Source: an uncultured Gemmatimonadota bacterium (GTDB lineage: Bacteria; Gemmatimonadota; Gemmatimonadetes; Gemmatimonadales; Gemmatimonadaceae). Taken from it: DNA of 64,000 nucleotides. The translations under genes and the position numbers were made by a program. The notes beneath the pieces are model-generated. The model made no database searches. It had not been told where the DNA came from and worked only from the letters and a program-made list of their open reading frames with translations. Each line of letters starts with the position of its first letter. The stretch's first letter is position 1. Below, in pieces: positions 1 through 9,362 of the stretch. The stretch spans positions 31,363-95,362 of the forward strand of contig CAIVZZ010000018.1 of assembly GCA_903910555.1 (NCBI GenBank). Reading direction: 5' to 3'.

Positions 1-19
1 ACTCAAAACTAGCGAGTTG

Positions 20-48
20 TTGACACCGCATGTTGATGCCGATACTAT
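20..48 (+). promoter_or_regulatory. sigma70-type promoter: TTGACA (20-25), 17 nt spacer, TACTAT (43-48). Predicted start near nt 55.
   Basis: Consensus -35 and near-consensus -10 with ideal spacing read directly. The ATG at 55 lies 7 nt after the -10, which implies a leaderless transcript. Confidence 0.5.
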
Positions 49-54
49 CTGATC

Positions 55-138
55 ATGACCCGCGCCCAACTCCCCGCAATGATGTGCTGCTGCATGTGCT
101 GCATGTGCCAACCGGCACATGGGGGAGCGGGAGCGTAG
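55..138 (+). CDS. 27-aa leader peptide candidate, MTRAQLPAMMCCCMCCMCQPAHGGAGA
   Basis: Hand translation ATG55 to TAG136-138. Ten consecutive Met/Cys codons at 79-108. Lies between a promoter and an intrinsic terminator. Below the 60-aa cut-off of the ORF track. Confidence 0.5.
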   Translation: MTRAQLPAMMCCCMCCMCQPAHGGAGA

Positions 139-182
139 GCGTCAACGCGGCCACCTGAAGCAGGCCACGATGCCTGAACCAA

Positions 183-222
183 CGCCTCCGATCCTCCAAG
201 GATCGGGGGCGCTTTTGTTTTC
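183..222 (+). terminator. Rho-independent terminator / attenuator hairpin
   Basis: 12-bp stem CGCCTCCGATCC (183-194) with GGATCGGGGGCG (200-211), one G-U pair, 5-nt loop, followed by CTTTTGTTTTC. Sits 25 nt upstream of the GTG at 247. Confidence 0.7.
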
Positions 223-246
223 TACCCTTTCTCTACGAGCGCCACC

Positions 247-1233
247 GTGACACAGCCCAAACCGATCGCCATCTATCACGAGCACCCTGACTGGTTCAAG
301 CCGCTATTCGAAGAGCTTGAACGTCGCGAGCTCCCGTACGTCCGGCTCGACGCCGCGGCGCATGTGTGGGATCCGTCCGAAACGGAATCGCCGTACTCGG
401 TGGTCGTGAATCGTGCCTCGCCGTCTGCGTATCTGCGCGGCCATGCACAGTCGACGTTCCATACCCTGCACTGGCTCAAGCATCTCGAGCGCATCGGCGT
501 CCCTGTCGTGAACGGCAGCGTGACGTACACGTCTGAACTCTCGAAGGCGCTGCAGCTCGATATTCTCGAAGAACTCGGCATTCTCTACCCCCGCGCCCGA
601 GTGATCAACAATGGATCGCAGGCGCCTGCCGCCGCGAAGGGACTCCGCTTTCCTGTTCTCGTGAAGGCGAACATCGGCGGCAGCGGAGCCGGCATCCTGC
701 GCTTCGATACGCCCGAACAGCTCGACGACGCGGCTCGTGACGGCGTCCTCGATTTGGGTGTCGATCACACCGCGCTCGTGCAGGAACTGCTGCCCCTCCG
801 CGATGGACATATCACGCGCGTTGAAGTGCTCGGCGGGAAATTCCTCTACGCCATCAACGTGTATCCGGCCGAGGGATCGTTCAATCTTTGCCCGGCCGAC
901 GTCTGCCAGACCACGGATGGAAAGGAACTCGAGCGCACCTTCTGCGCCGCCGATGCGAAGAAGAACGGAATGCGTGTTGAGGGGTTCACGCCGCCGCAGG
1001 AGATTATCGATACGGTCGAACGCATCGCCGAGCGCGTGCAGCTTGATATCGGCGGCATCGAGTATTTGATCGACGACCGCGATGGCAAGGCATACTACTA
1101 CGACATCAACGCGCTCTCGAACTTCGTCGCCGACGCGCCGAACGTGATCGGCTTCGATCCGTTCTCCCGCTTTGCCGATTACATCGAGTCGCGCGCCGGT
1201 ATCGTGTCGGCCGAACTGGCCGGAGCCCGCTGA
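247..1233 (+). CDS. ATP-grasp domain protein (RimK / glutathione-synthetase-like ligase fold), substrate unknown
   Basis: 328-aa ORF. Gly-rich loop KANIGGSGAGI and a C-terminal IEYLIDDRDGKAYYYDIN segment typical of ATP-grasp ligases. GTG start. Confidence 0.75.
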   Translation: MTQPKPIAIYHEHPDWFKPLFEELERRELPYVRLDAAAHVWDPSETESPYSVVVNRASPSAYLRGHAQSTFHTLHWLKHLERIGVPVVNGSVTYTSELSKALQLDILEELGILYPRARVINNGSQAPAAAKGLRFPVLVKANIGGSGAGILRFDTPEQLDDAARDGVLDLGVDHTALVQELLPLRDGHITRVEVLGGKFLYAINVYPAEGSFNLCPADVCQTTDGKELERTFCAADAKKNGMRVEGFTPPQEIIDTVERIAERVQLDIGGIEYLIDDRDGKAYYYDINALSNFVADAPNVIGFDPFSRFADYIESRAGIVSAELAGAR

Positions 1234-1235
1234 TC

Positions 1236-2270
1236 ATGCGGTACGGATATTGGATGCCCGTATTCGGCGGCTGGCTGCGGAACGTTCCCGACGAGGGGAT
1301 GGAAGCTTCGTGGGAATATGTGAAGAAGCTTGCGCAGCGCAGCGAACAGATCGGCTACGATCTCACGCTGATCGCCGAACTGTATCTGAACGACATCAAG
1401 GGAATCGAGGCGCCGTCGCTCGAGGCGTGGTCGACCGCCGCGGCGCTTGCGGCCGTCACGGAGCGTCTTGAGCTGATGGTGGCCGTGCGCCCCACCTTTC
1501 ACAATCCGGCGATTCTCGCGAAGCAGGTTGCGAATCTCGATCTGATTTCGAACGGGCGGATTTCCCTGAACGTCGTGTCGAGTTGGTGGGCCGACGAAGC
1601 CCGCCGCTATGGCGTGCAGTTCGACGCGCACGACGATCGCTACGCGCGCACGGAAGACTGGCTCAAGATCATCGCGGGCGCGTGGAAGGAAAAATCCTTC
1701 TCCCACGCGGGGAAATACTACCGGTCGGAGGACACGATTCTCTCGCCGAAGCCCGCAAAACGCCCGACGCTTTATGCGGGCGGAGAATCAGAGGCGGCAA
1801 AATCGTTGATCACGCGTGCCTGCGACGCGTACGTGATGCACGGTGATCCGCCGGAACGCATCGCGCCGAAAGTCGCAGACATCAAGCGACGTCGTGAGGA
1901 AACCGGACTTCCCGAGATGGAGTTCGGGATGGCGGCGTACGCAATCGTGCGGCCCACGGAGCGCGAGGCAAAAGAAGAACTCGCCCGCATCACGAATGTG
2001 AATCCGGGATCTGCCGGTTATAACAATTATCAGGACTGGATCTCACACACCAAGCTCGAGCAGCAGGTTTCGCTCGAGGATTACTCCGTGTCCAACCGCG
2101 GGTTGCGTGCGGGGCTCGTCGGAACTCCGGAACAGGTCGCCGAGCGCGTGAATGAATTCCAGGAAGCCGGCGTTGGCCTGCTTCTCCTGCAGAGCAGTCC
2201 TCAGCTGGAAGAGATGGAGCGGTTTGCGGCCGAGGTTATGCCTCTGACAGCGTCTATCGCAGTTGGCTGA
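1236..2270 (+). CDS. LLM-class (luciferase-like) FMNH2-dependent monooxygenase, SfnG/RutA-like (dimethylsulfone/sulfonate monooxygenase-type)
   Basis: 344 aa. N-terminus YGYWMPVFGGWLRN, RISLNVVSSWW, DDRYARTEDWL and LVGTPEQVAERV match my recollection of SfnG/RutA-type LLM enzymes. Starts 2 nt after the upstream stop. Confidence 0.8.
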   Translation: MRYGYWMPVFGGWLRNVPDEGMEASWEYVKKLAQRSEQIGYDLTLIAELYLNDIKGIEAPSLEAWSTAAALAAVTERLELMVAVRPTFHNPAILAKQVANLDLISNGRISLNVVSSWWADEARRYGVQFDAHDDRYARTEDWLKIIAGAWKEKSFSHAGKYYRSEDTILSPKPAKRPTLYAGGESEAAKSLITRACDAYVMHGDPPERIAPKVADIKRRREETGLPEMEFGMAAYAIVRPTEREAKEELARITNVNPGSAGYNNYQDWISHTKLEQQVSLEDYSVSNRGLRAGLVGTPEQVAERVNEFQEAGVGLLLLQSSPQLEEMERFAAEVMPLTASIAVG

Positions 2271-2769
2271 GATGGCGTTCCTCGTGCTGGCCGATCACTA
2301 GCACCCACTGGTAGCCGTTGAGCGCGCCGAAGACCGGATGCGGCGCGCTCACGGTGGAAAGGTCGCGGCCGTCGACCGTGGCGATCGCCCGGTGGAGCCG
2401 CTCGCGCACCGCCTGCAGCGACGCCCACGATGGCGAGAGCTCAGCATCCGGTTTCGGTTGCGCGCGCTCGGGCGCGTTGATCACGCGACTCCGGTCCAGG
2501 ACTCGGTACTGCTCGAGCGACTTCAGCCACGACGTCGTTGATTTCTCCATCGCGATACCGTCGGCCAGCGCTTTCGCAAAGAGCCCCTCAAGCATCTTGG
2601 TGGCCATCCCTTCCACTGCGCCGAGGTGCTGGATGATCCCGGTGCCGGTCCAGCCACCGTTCTTCGGTTTGTGATCGAACTTGGCCGGCGGAGTGCTCTC
2701 AACGAGCGAGGTGAGGTCCGCACGAATCCGCGCGAGATCAGCGGTCAGCTCTTCCATGATTGGATGCAT
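2254..2769 (-). CDS. DinB-family (DinB_2) metal-dependent protein
   Basis: 171 aa. GWTGTGIIQHLGAVEG and C-terminal HEERHLSQL are the His triad motifs of the DinB superfamily. Confidence 0.75.
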   Translation of the reverse strand: MHPIMEELTADLARIRADLTSLVESTPPAKFDHKPKNGGWTGTGIIQHLGAVEGMATKMLEGLFAKALADGIAMEKSTTSWLKSLEQYRVLDRSRVINAPERAQPKPDAELSPSWASLQAVRERLHRAIATVDGRDLSTVSAPHPVFGALNGYQWVLVIGQHEERHLSQLR

Positions 2770-2865
2770 GGGTCGAAACTAAACCACGGTTCTGGGCGGC
2801 CCGAAAGGGGTGAAACCGTGGCGAAGCGCGTATCGTAAGGAAGGAAGCAGACAACGGGAGGGAGT

Positions 2866-3174
2866 ATGTGGCCGATTATTGTGCTGGGCGTTTCGTTCGC
2901 AATTTCATGGGTGACTTATGGGACCGCTCGGCGGTTTGTGCGCGAGCGGCTCAGATATGTTGAGGCGGCGCTGACGCCAGGCGCGGCGATTGTCGCAGGG
3001 ATTGTCGCCGCAGTTGTGGCGTCGCCGGTGGTGGCGCTGTTGCACATTATTCCGCTGCTCGGCGCGCTCGTCGGCGGTGGGACTGCGCTGGTCTTTGGAT
3101 TGAGCGTAGGCCTTGGCGTGCGGTCCGGCGCTCTCGATGTGAAGCGCGGTTACGTCATCTCGTCGGGCAATTAG
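2866..3174 (+). CDS. small integral membrane protein (about 3 TM helices), hypothetical
   Basis: 102 aa, strongly hydrophobic, GGGAGGGAG-type SD upstream, followed by a terminator hairpin. Confidence 0.55.
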   Translation: MWPIIVLGVSFAISWVTYGTARRFVRERLRYVEAALTPGAAIVAGIVAAVVASPVVALLHIIPLLGALVGGGTALVFGLSVGLGVRSGALDVKRGYVISSGN

Positions 3175-3213
3175 ACAAAGGCGACGGAACCAATCGGTCC
3201 CGTCGCCTTTGTC
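3174..3213. terminator. bidirectional terminator hairpin between convergent genes
   Basis: GACAAAGGCGACGG ... CCGTCGCCTTTGTC, 14-bp perfect outer stem, directly after the TAG at 3172-3174. Confidence 0.6.
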
Positions 3214-3269
3214 GCAGAGCTATCAGCACATCGCGATCGGCCCACAGCGTTCAGTTCAACGCCGTCCGC

Positions 3270-3968
3270 TCACTGCTTAGCGAGCCCAGCGACGTGAACA
3301 CTGATCCCATGATTCACCCGAAACCCATAAATCCCCGACGACGGCGCCATCGGATTCTTTCCGTCGACCGCCGCGACTTCAACATCATTCACATAGAATC
3401 GAACTGAGTCAGCCGCGACTTTCACCGCGAGCTTGTTCGACGTTGCGCCATGATCTTTGTCGGCCGGCTTGATCGCAGCGTTCGCCGTCTGCGCAACAAC
3501 CGTGTGCACATCCGTCTTGTTGTTCGTGCCGCTGCGATGCTTCACCGCAAAGGTGCCGTTTCCATACACGAGGAAATAGCCGTAGGACTCTTTGTCGCCG
3601 CCGAGATCGCTGCCGCCCCAGACGAGGCCGATCGCGTCGTGCAATGGGATCTCGCGCACACCAAAGGTCCCGCTGATCGTGTAGGCTCCGGACGCGGTGT
3701 TAGCCGGATTCCAATAAATGGCGGCCGTGTTGCCCGACGTCACACGCATGCCCGGGCCCATCACGACGAAATTCACCGTCTCCGGTTTATTGGCCGCATT
3801 GTCCGGACGGATCATCCAGCCTGGCGGCGTCGGTCCTTCCTGCGTCACGGCCTTCTGGTCGTCGTGATCCATCTTCATCCCGGCCATGCCGCCGGCGGCC
3901 TGCGCCGATGCGGATGAAGCAATCGCCGCGATGGCGACGATACCAAATACTCCGAGAACTTTCTTCAT
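3270..3968 (-). CDS. secreted hypothetical protein (signal peptide, beta-rich, lectin/glucanase-like fold possible)
   Basis: 232 aa. N-terminus MKKVLGVFGIVAIAAIASSASAQA is a classical Sec signal. No catalytic motif recognised. Confidence 0.65.
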   Translation of the reverse strand: MKKVLGVFGIVAIAAIASSASAQAAGGMAGMKMDHDDQKAVTQEGPTPPGWMIRPDNAANKPETVNFVVMGPGMRVTSGNTAAIYWNPANTASGAYTISGTFGVREIPLHDAIGLVWGGSDLGGDKESYGYFLVYGNGTFAVKHRSGTNNKTDVHTVVAQTANAAIKPADKDHGATSNKLAVKVAADSVRFYVNDVEVAAVDGKNPMAPSSGIYGFRVNHGISVHVAGLAKQ

Positions 3969-3982
3969 ACCCTGCCTCCAGT

Positions 3983-4144
3983 TCAGTTATCCTGCCTGCC
4001 CTTCGCGAATCGCAGCAACAACGTCAGCGCCAGCAGACCGATTCCGGTCCAGCGCAGCAATGCATTGTCCATTCGTGCACCCAATCCCCAAACTACGATT
4101 CCCGCGCATGCGAGCGCGAGCCTCGCAATCAGCACCGGATTCAT
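3983..4144 (-). CDS. 53-aa small membrane protein candidate (MNPVLIARLALACAGIVVWGLGARMDNALLRWTGIGLLALTLLLRFAKGRQDN)
   Basis: Hand translation. Its ATG overlaps the TGA of the upstream gene (ATGA at 4141-4144). Two hydrophobic helices. Not in the ORF track because it is under 60 aa. Confidence 0.4.
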   Translation of the reverse strand: MNPVLIARLALACAGIVVWGLGARMDNALLRWTGIGLLALTLLLRFAKGRQDN

Positions 4145-5232
4145 GACGATCTCCCTGTTGAATCGATCACGTCTTCGCGTTCGGTACCGGCAATCTCCAG
4201 AATGAAATCTGCACCAAATGCCAGCGACGGAGTCTGGAATCCCGGCTTCGCTCCGCCGGCGAGCGCCTTCTCCGCGGCTGCGACGGCGGTAAGCGCAGTG
4301 AGTGTGTAACCGTCCGGCGTCTGGAGCCGCGATGTGACTCGGCGGCCGTCATCGTCCCACGCTTCGCCCCAAATGCGCGCCGTCGCGCCGGCCCGTTTTG
4401 CATCGCTCGGGCCGGCTGCACCAGCGCGGATTCGATCTTTGAGAAACGATTGCGCCGGTGCGGTCGCCAGAAGCCAGCCGATATACCGCGACGCGATCAT
4501 ACCGCGAATCGCACTCGCGGGCGCGGCCGTGTACACGTCGATGTTCGGAATGCCCGTGCTATGAAATGCCGTGGATACATCGCCCCACGGCAGCGTCACG
4601 ACATGCCGCACACGATCTCCGAAGTCGATATCGCGCTGGCGCCAACCCGCAGGCACGTGCGTAATTTTTCCACCGCGGCGAACCGCGCCGCCGCGCTGAA
4701 TGTTTTCGACCATCGTCGTCGCGGTACCGCGCGAAAGTCCGGTGCCGCCGGAAAACGCGAGCGTGAGCCAACTGGCGGTCGGGAGGCGGCGATAGAGGTG
4801 CGCAGCGAGACAGTCCGTTGGAGTGACGTCGAATCCAGCGCCCGGGAGCAGCATCACACCCGCTTCGCGCGCCTGCGCCGATCGCGCCTTTGACGCGAGC
4901 GTCTCGAATACGGAGATCTCGCCCGTGATATCCAGGTAGTGCGCGCGACTGCGAATACACGCGTCGACCATCGGCGCAGATGTACGCGAGAACGGGCCCG
5001 CTGCGTGGATCACCACCGCACATCCGGCGAGGATCGCATCGAGCGCGGCCGGATCGTCCAGCGCCGCGGGACGCGACTCGAGGCCATGCTCCTGCGCGAG
5101 CGCGTTCACGTCGGCCGTGTTGCGCCCCGAGAGAATCGGTCGCAGTCCTCGCTCTACCGCATGCTTTACGATGAGGCGGCCGGTATAGCCGTTCGCTCCA
5201 TAGACGAGCAGCGCGCCGCCGGGTGCCGTCAC
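4141..5232 (-). CDS. saccharopine dehydrogenase-family NAD(P)-binding oxidoreductase
   Basis: 363 aa. N-terminal Rossmann motif LLVYGANGYTGRLI and overall similarity to saccharopine dehydrogenase-like / trans-acting enoyl reductase proteins. Confidence 0.75.
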   Translation of the reverse strand: MTAPGGALLVYGANGYTGRLIVKHAVERGLRPILSGRNTADVNALAQEHGLESRPAALDDPAALDAILAGCAVVIHAAGPFSRTSAPMVDACIRSRAHYLDITGEISVFETLASKARSAQAREAGVMLLPGAGFDVTPTDCLAAHLYRRLPTASWLTLAFSGGTGLSRGTATTMVENIQRGGAVRRGGKITHVPAGWRQRDIDFGDRVRHVVTLPWGDVSTAFHSTGIPNIDVYTAAPASAIRGMIASRYIGWLLATAPAQSFLKDRIRAGAAGPSDAKRAGATARIWGEAWDDDGRRVTSRLQTPDGYTLTALTAVAAAEKALAGGAKPGFQTPSLAFGADFILEIAGTEREDVIDSTGRSS

Positions 5233-6002
5233 TGCGCCGGCTCGGAGCCTCGCGTGTGGCTGAGAATTCCAGTGCGGAACGCCTCGGTTTCGCGTGCCTC
5301 GACATTTGCCTCGATCCCCTCGGCAATGCCATCACGAAATGAAAGCAGATCGAGCCGATAGAACAGGCGTTTGGTCAGCCCCATCGACGACATCGGTGAG
5401 CTCGCGAGTCCGAGCACGTAGCGCTCGACCTCCGAATCGAACGCAGCCGCCGGAAGCACGCGGCTCACGAGTCCGATCCGCTCGGCCTCAATGGCATTGA
5501 TCGTGCGGCCAGAAGCGACGAGATCGAACGCATGTTTCTCACCCACCGATCGGCGGAGCATGTTCAACACCATCGCCGGAATGAATCCGATGCGAACCTC
5601 GGGATAGCCAAATTTTGCGTCGTCGCGCGCGAGCACCACGTCGCATGCAGTGGCGAGTCCGCAGCCGCCGGCAATCGCCCCGCCCTGCACCGCGGCGACA
5701 ATCGGCTTCTGCATTCCGCGCATCGTGGTGAATACGCGGCCGAGGTCGGCGGCATCGCGGCGATGTTCCTCGTGCGAGGCGTCGAGCATCTCTGCGAGCG
5801 CGTCGAGATCCACGCCGCCGCAAAAATCGTCGCCATCTCCTTTGATGAGGACGGCACGAACGGCATCGTCGCCCTCAAACTCCATCAATGCGTCGACGAG
5901 TTCGTGCACACACTGCGAGTCGAGCGCATTGCGTTTTTCCGGGCGCGCGAGAGCGATGCGTCCAACCGCACCAGCGATATCAACCCGGATTCGCGCGGTC
6001 AC
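5229..6002 (-). CDS. enoyl-CoA hydratase/isomerase (crotonase) family protein
   Basis: 257 aa. RPEKRNAL, FCGGVDL and AAVQGGAIAGGCGLA oxyanion-hole motifs. Confidence 0.9.
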   Translation of the reverse strand: MTARIRVDIAGAVGRIALARPEKRNALDSQCVHELVDALMEFEGDDAVRAVLIKGDGDDFCGGVDLDALAEMLDASHEEHRRDAADLGRVFTTMRGMQKPIVAAVQGGAIAGGCGLATACDVVLARDDAKFGYPEVRIGFIPAMVLNMLRRSVGEKHAFDLVASGRTINAIEAERIGLVSRVLPAAAFDSEVERYVLGLASSPMSSMGLTKRLFYRLDLLSFRDGIAEGIEANVEARETEAFRTGILSHTRGSEPAQ

Positions 6003-6361
6003 GGCGACTCGCCAGCGGGCGGAAGTTTGAGCGCGCTCGCTTCGGCATCGGGAATATCAACGACCATCCGGAGCAGCGCAGTCGAAAAGACTTTTCCCTG
6101 CGCATCGGTCTTGAGGGAGAGCGTCCCGCCGCCGTCGAGCGCGCCGTGCAAAAGAAAATTCAGCGCGTTCAGATTCGGCAGCTCGTAACGCTCCACTCCT
6201 CCGGTAATCACGCCGGTGAAGTGCGCGGCGACGCGATCGCGCGTCACGTACTTGGAAATCGGAGCATACCACTCCGGCTTCAGCGCGATGAGGCCGACGT
6301 TGGCCGTGTCGCCCTTGTCACCCGAGCGGGCATGTGCGATGTCGAGCAGGCGGACTTTCAT
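5999..6361 (-). CDS. AtuA-associated small protein (DUF4387-like)
   Basis: 120 aa. [14 protein letters not shown] motif. 4-nt overlaps with the DUF1446 gene upstream and the crotonase gene downstream. Family name is from memory. Confidence 0.6.
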   Translation of the reverse strand: MKVRLLDIAHARSGDKGDTANVGLIALKPEWYAPISKYVTRDRVAAHFTGVITGGVERYELPNLNALNFLLHGALDGGGTLSLKTDAQGKVFSTALLRMVVDIPDAEASALKLPPAGESP

Positions 6362-7731
6362 TCGAGCACCGTCACTTGCGTTTGCACGACTGTTTTATCG
6401 ATGAGTGCGGGCCAGTACGCAACGATCTCTTCGGTCTTCGGTCGGCCGCCGGCAAAACCCGTCACGCTCGGCGGTCCGTTGAGAACCAACGGCACAATTT
6501 CACGGGTGAAACGCTCGACTTTCTTTTTGTCGGCGTCGCGCACGCCGATGCGATACTGCACCTCGGGTGCGTGCTTGCCGGCATCGGGTCCGGCGAGCGG
6601 GCCGTGCGTCGCGTTCGCGCCGACGAACTCCGAGAGGACCTGCTCGAACTTCAGGCCAAGTCTGTCGAGGCGTTCGCGCAACACGCGATCGGCGAGCTGC
6701 GCTTTCTCCAGCGCATCGGGCCAGGCGTACACGAGTGAGCCGACCGCTTTGTATCCCGAGCGGTACGCGATCGAGACCTTGAGTTTGTCTGTCGCGGGCT
6801 TTCCAGTGATGCCGTGCACACGCACGCGGTTCTTGCCGTCGGGCGCGATATGAATCGACGTGAAATCTGCGACAACATCGGGCGTGATGTACGCGTGCGG
6901 ATCGCCCATCTCATACACGAGCTGTTCGCTGACCGTCTGGACCGAGACGAGCCCGCCGGTATTCGGATGCTTCGTCACGACAAACGTGCCGTCAGCCTGA
7001 GCTTCAACGATCGGATAGCCGATATCGGCAAGATTTTCTATCGAGCGCCACTCGTACAAACAATTTCCACCCGAGCACTGCGCGCCACACTCAATGATAT
7101 GCCCGGCGATGATTCCAGCCGCGAGCTTGTCCCAGTCGTCTGCAGCCCAGCCGAACTCGTAGCGCAACGGCGCCATCGTGAGTGCGGTGTCGGTGGAGCG
7201 GCCGGTGATGACGACGTTCGCACCCTTCGTCAGCGCCTCAACAATCGGCACGCTGCCGATGTACGCGTTCGCGGCAATGACGCGATCGCGCACGATCGAG
7301 AGCGGCTCACCCGTGTCCATGTTCTTCAGTTCGTGCCCGGAGGCGAGCAACTCGTCGATACGCGGGAGAAGATTGTCGCCCGTGACGACGCCGACTTTCA
7401 GCTTGCCGGCTGCACCGCGCGCGCGCGCCATCTCGAGCACTGCGGCCGCGCACGCCTCAGGATTCACCCCGCCGGCATTTGCGATCACTTTGATTCCGCG
7501 CTCGGCGACTCCGCTCAGCACCGATTCCATTGCGCCGACAAAATCTTTCGCGTAGCCCGCCGACGGATCACGCTCCTTCTGCTTTTGCAGAATGGACATT
7601 GTGACTTCGGCGAGATAGTCGAGCATCAGATAATCAACGGGGCCGCCTTCGGCCTGGCGCCGCGGCGCCTCGAGCCAATCGCCCCAAAAGCCCTGGGCGC
7701 CGGCAACGCGCACTACTTTTTTTGCAGTCAT
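6358..7731 (-). CDS. acyclic terpene utilisation AtuA-family protein (DUF1446)
   Basis: 457 aa. N-terminus [25 protein letters not shown] and [11 protein letters not shown] are typical of DUF1446/AtuA. Confidence 0.75.
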   Translation of the reverse strand: MTAKKVVRVAGAQGFWGDWLEAPRRQAEGGPVDYLMLDYLAEVTMSILQKQKERDPSAGYAKDFVGAMESVLSGVAERGIKVIANAGGVNPEACAAAVLEMARARGAAGKLKVGVVTGDNLLPRIDELLASGHELKNMDTGEPLSIVRDRVIAANAYIGSVPIVEALTKGANVVITGRSTDTALTMAPLRYEFGWAADDWDKLAAGIIAGHIIECGAQCSGGNCLYEWRSIENLADIGYPIVEAQADGTFVVTKHPNTGGLVSVQTVSEQLVYEMGDPHAYITPDVVADFTSIHIAPDGKNRVRVHGITGKPATDKLKVSIAYRSGYKAVGSLVYAWPDALEKAQLADRVLRERLDRLGLKFEQVLSEFVGANATHGPLAGPDAGKHAPEVQYRIGVRDADKKKVERFTREIVPLVLNGPPSVTGFAGGRPKTEEIVAYWPALIDKTVVQTQVTVLE

Positions 7732-9362
7732 TCGGTGGATGCTTCCATTCGAGCGGGGAGAACGAACGCGCCGAGGTGTGGTCCGGGATTCTGGAGCGCA
7801 CTGCGCAGCGCCATGCCGAGCGCCGTGCGCGTGTCCTCGGGGTAGACAATCGCGTCAATGAATCCGCGCGCGCCGGCGTAGCGCGCGTCGAGCTGTTCCT
7901 CATAGTCGGCGCGCATCTCGGCGGCCGAATCAGTTACCGCTTGTGAAACCGGCTCACCGGCTTTCTTTGCTGCGGCCATCGCCGGTCCGTGCACCGCCTC
8001 CACTGCGGCGGCGCCTTCCATCACACCCATGCGGCCCGATGGCCAGGAGAAAATGAAATCAGGATCAAACCCCTGCCCTGCCATCGCGTAGTATCCCGCG
8101 CCCGACGCGTGATTGACCGTCAGTACGATCTTGGGTGAGACTGCCGTCGCCATCGCTTCGACAAAGCGCGCGCCCGAGCGGATGATTCCCGAATGTTCGG
8201 CCTCGGGACCAACCATGAAGCCTGAGACATCCTGCACAAAAAGAATCGGCGTTCCCGCGCGGCTGCACCGGTCAATGAAATACGCCGCCTTCTCAGCGCT
8301 CTCGGCGTAAATGATTCCGCCGAAGCGCGGTTTTTCACCCGCGCGCCCTTTGATCAGGCCGCGCTGATTGGCGATGATCCCGACTTGAATACCTTCGATC
8401 CGCGCATCGGCGCAGATCATTTCTTTCGCCAGATGCTCTTGGAATTCATCAAGCGATCCTGCGTCAACCACGCAGTTGAGGATCGAGTGCATATCGTAGG
8501 ACATGCGGTGATCGGCGGGGAGCAGATCGTAAAGCGCCGACGGATCTGTCGCCGTCGCAGTGATCTCAGAACCGTAAGTCGACAGCTCTCGTCTGACGTC
8601 GCGCTGTTTAGGAAGTCGCCCAACCAGTTCCCTGATCTTTCGGATGCATTCGGCGTCGTTGTCCACCGCGTAGTGCGCCACCCCACTGACTTCGGTGTGG
8701 GTCACAGCTCCGCCGAGCGTCTCGCCGTCGATCGTCTCACCGGTCGCCCCCTTCACGAGATTCGGCCCGGCCAGTCCCATGAATGAGGTTCCCTTCACCA
8801 TGAGAATCACGTCCGATAGAGCTGGCAGGTAGGCGCCGCCGGCAACGCACTGTCCCATGACCGCCGCGATCTGCGGAATCCGCAGATAACGGCGCATAAG
8901 CGAGTTGTAATAGAAAATTCGCGCGGCGCCGTACTGTCCCGGAAAAACTCCGCCCTGATACGGAAGATTCACGCCGGCGGAATCCACCATATAGATGATC
9001 GGAATGCGGCACCGCATCGCGATTTCCTGCGCACGCAGAATCTTCGTGATCGTCTCGGGCCACCACGAACCAGCTTTCACTGTGGCATCGTTGGCCACAA
9101 CGACGCACTCGCGCCCGTCGACCATCGCGATTCCGGTGACGACTCCCGCGCCCGGCGCCTGGCCGTCGTAGCGATCGTACGCGACCAGCAGCCCGATCTC
9201 GAGGAAATGCGAATCCGCGTCCATGAGCTGCGTGACGCGCTCCCGGGCGGTGAGCTTTCCCTGTTTGTGCTGCTTGGATGCTTTGTCTGGGCCGCCGCCT
9301 TCGCGGAGTCGGGCTTCGAGTTCGCGCGTAATCGCGCTGAGCTCACTGAGTCTTGAGGTCAC
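7728..9362 (-). CDS. acyl-CoA carboxylase carboxyltransferase (beta) subunit, methylcrotonoyl/propionyl-CoA carboxylase-like
   Basis: Carboxyl-transferase motifs [23 protein letters not shown] and [12 protein letters not shown]. The ORF track starts at 9401. The GTG at 9362 gives a GTGA overlap with the upstream stop and a typical length of about 544 aa. Confidence 0.85.
   Translation of the reverse strand: MTSRLSELSAITRELEARLREGGGPDKASKQHKQGKLTARERVTQLMDADSHFLEIGLLVAYDRYDGQAPGAGVVTGIAMVDGRECVVVANDATVKAGSWWPETITKILRAQEIAMRCRIPIIYMVDSAGVNLPYQGGVFPGQYGAARIFYYNSLMRRYLRIPQIAAVMGQCVAGGAYLPALSDVILMVKGTSFMGLAGPNLVKGATGETIDGETLGGAVTHTEVSGVAHYAVDNDAECIRKIRELVGRLPKQRDVRRELSTYGSEITATATDPSALYDLLPADHRMSYDMHSILNCVVDAGSLDEFQEHLAKEMICADARIEGIQVGIIANQRGLIKGRAGEKPRFGGIIYAESAEKAAYFIDRCSRAGTPILFVQDVSGFMVGPEAEHSGIIRSGARFVEAMATAVSPKIVLTVNHASGAGYYAMAGQGFDPDFIFSWPSGRMGVMEGAAAVEAVHGPAMAAAKKAGEPVSQAVTDSAAEMRADYEEQLDARYAGARGFIDAIVYPEDTRTALGMALRSALQNPGPHLGAFVLPARMEASTE

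Noticed and set aside
55-138. The Cys-rich 27-aa peptide as a RiPP precursor or metallothionein processed by the adjacent ATP-grasp enzyme
   Set aside because: A strong intrinsic terminator lies between the peptide ORF and the ATP-grasp gene. Known ATP-grasp RiPP chemistry (graspetides) uses Ser/Thr/Lys with Asp/Glu side chains, not Cys/Met. The promoter-ORF-terminator layout fits a leader-peptide attenuator better. This reading is not strictly excluded.
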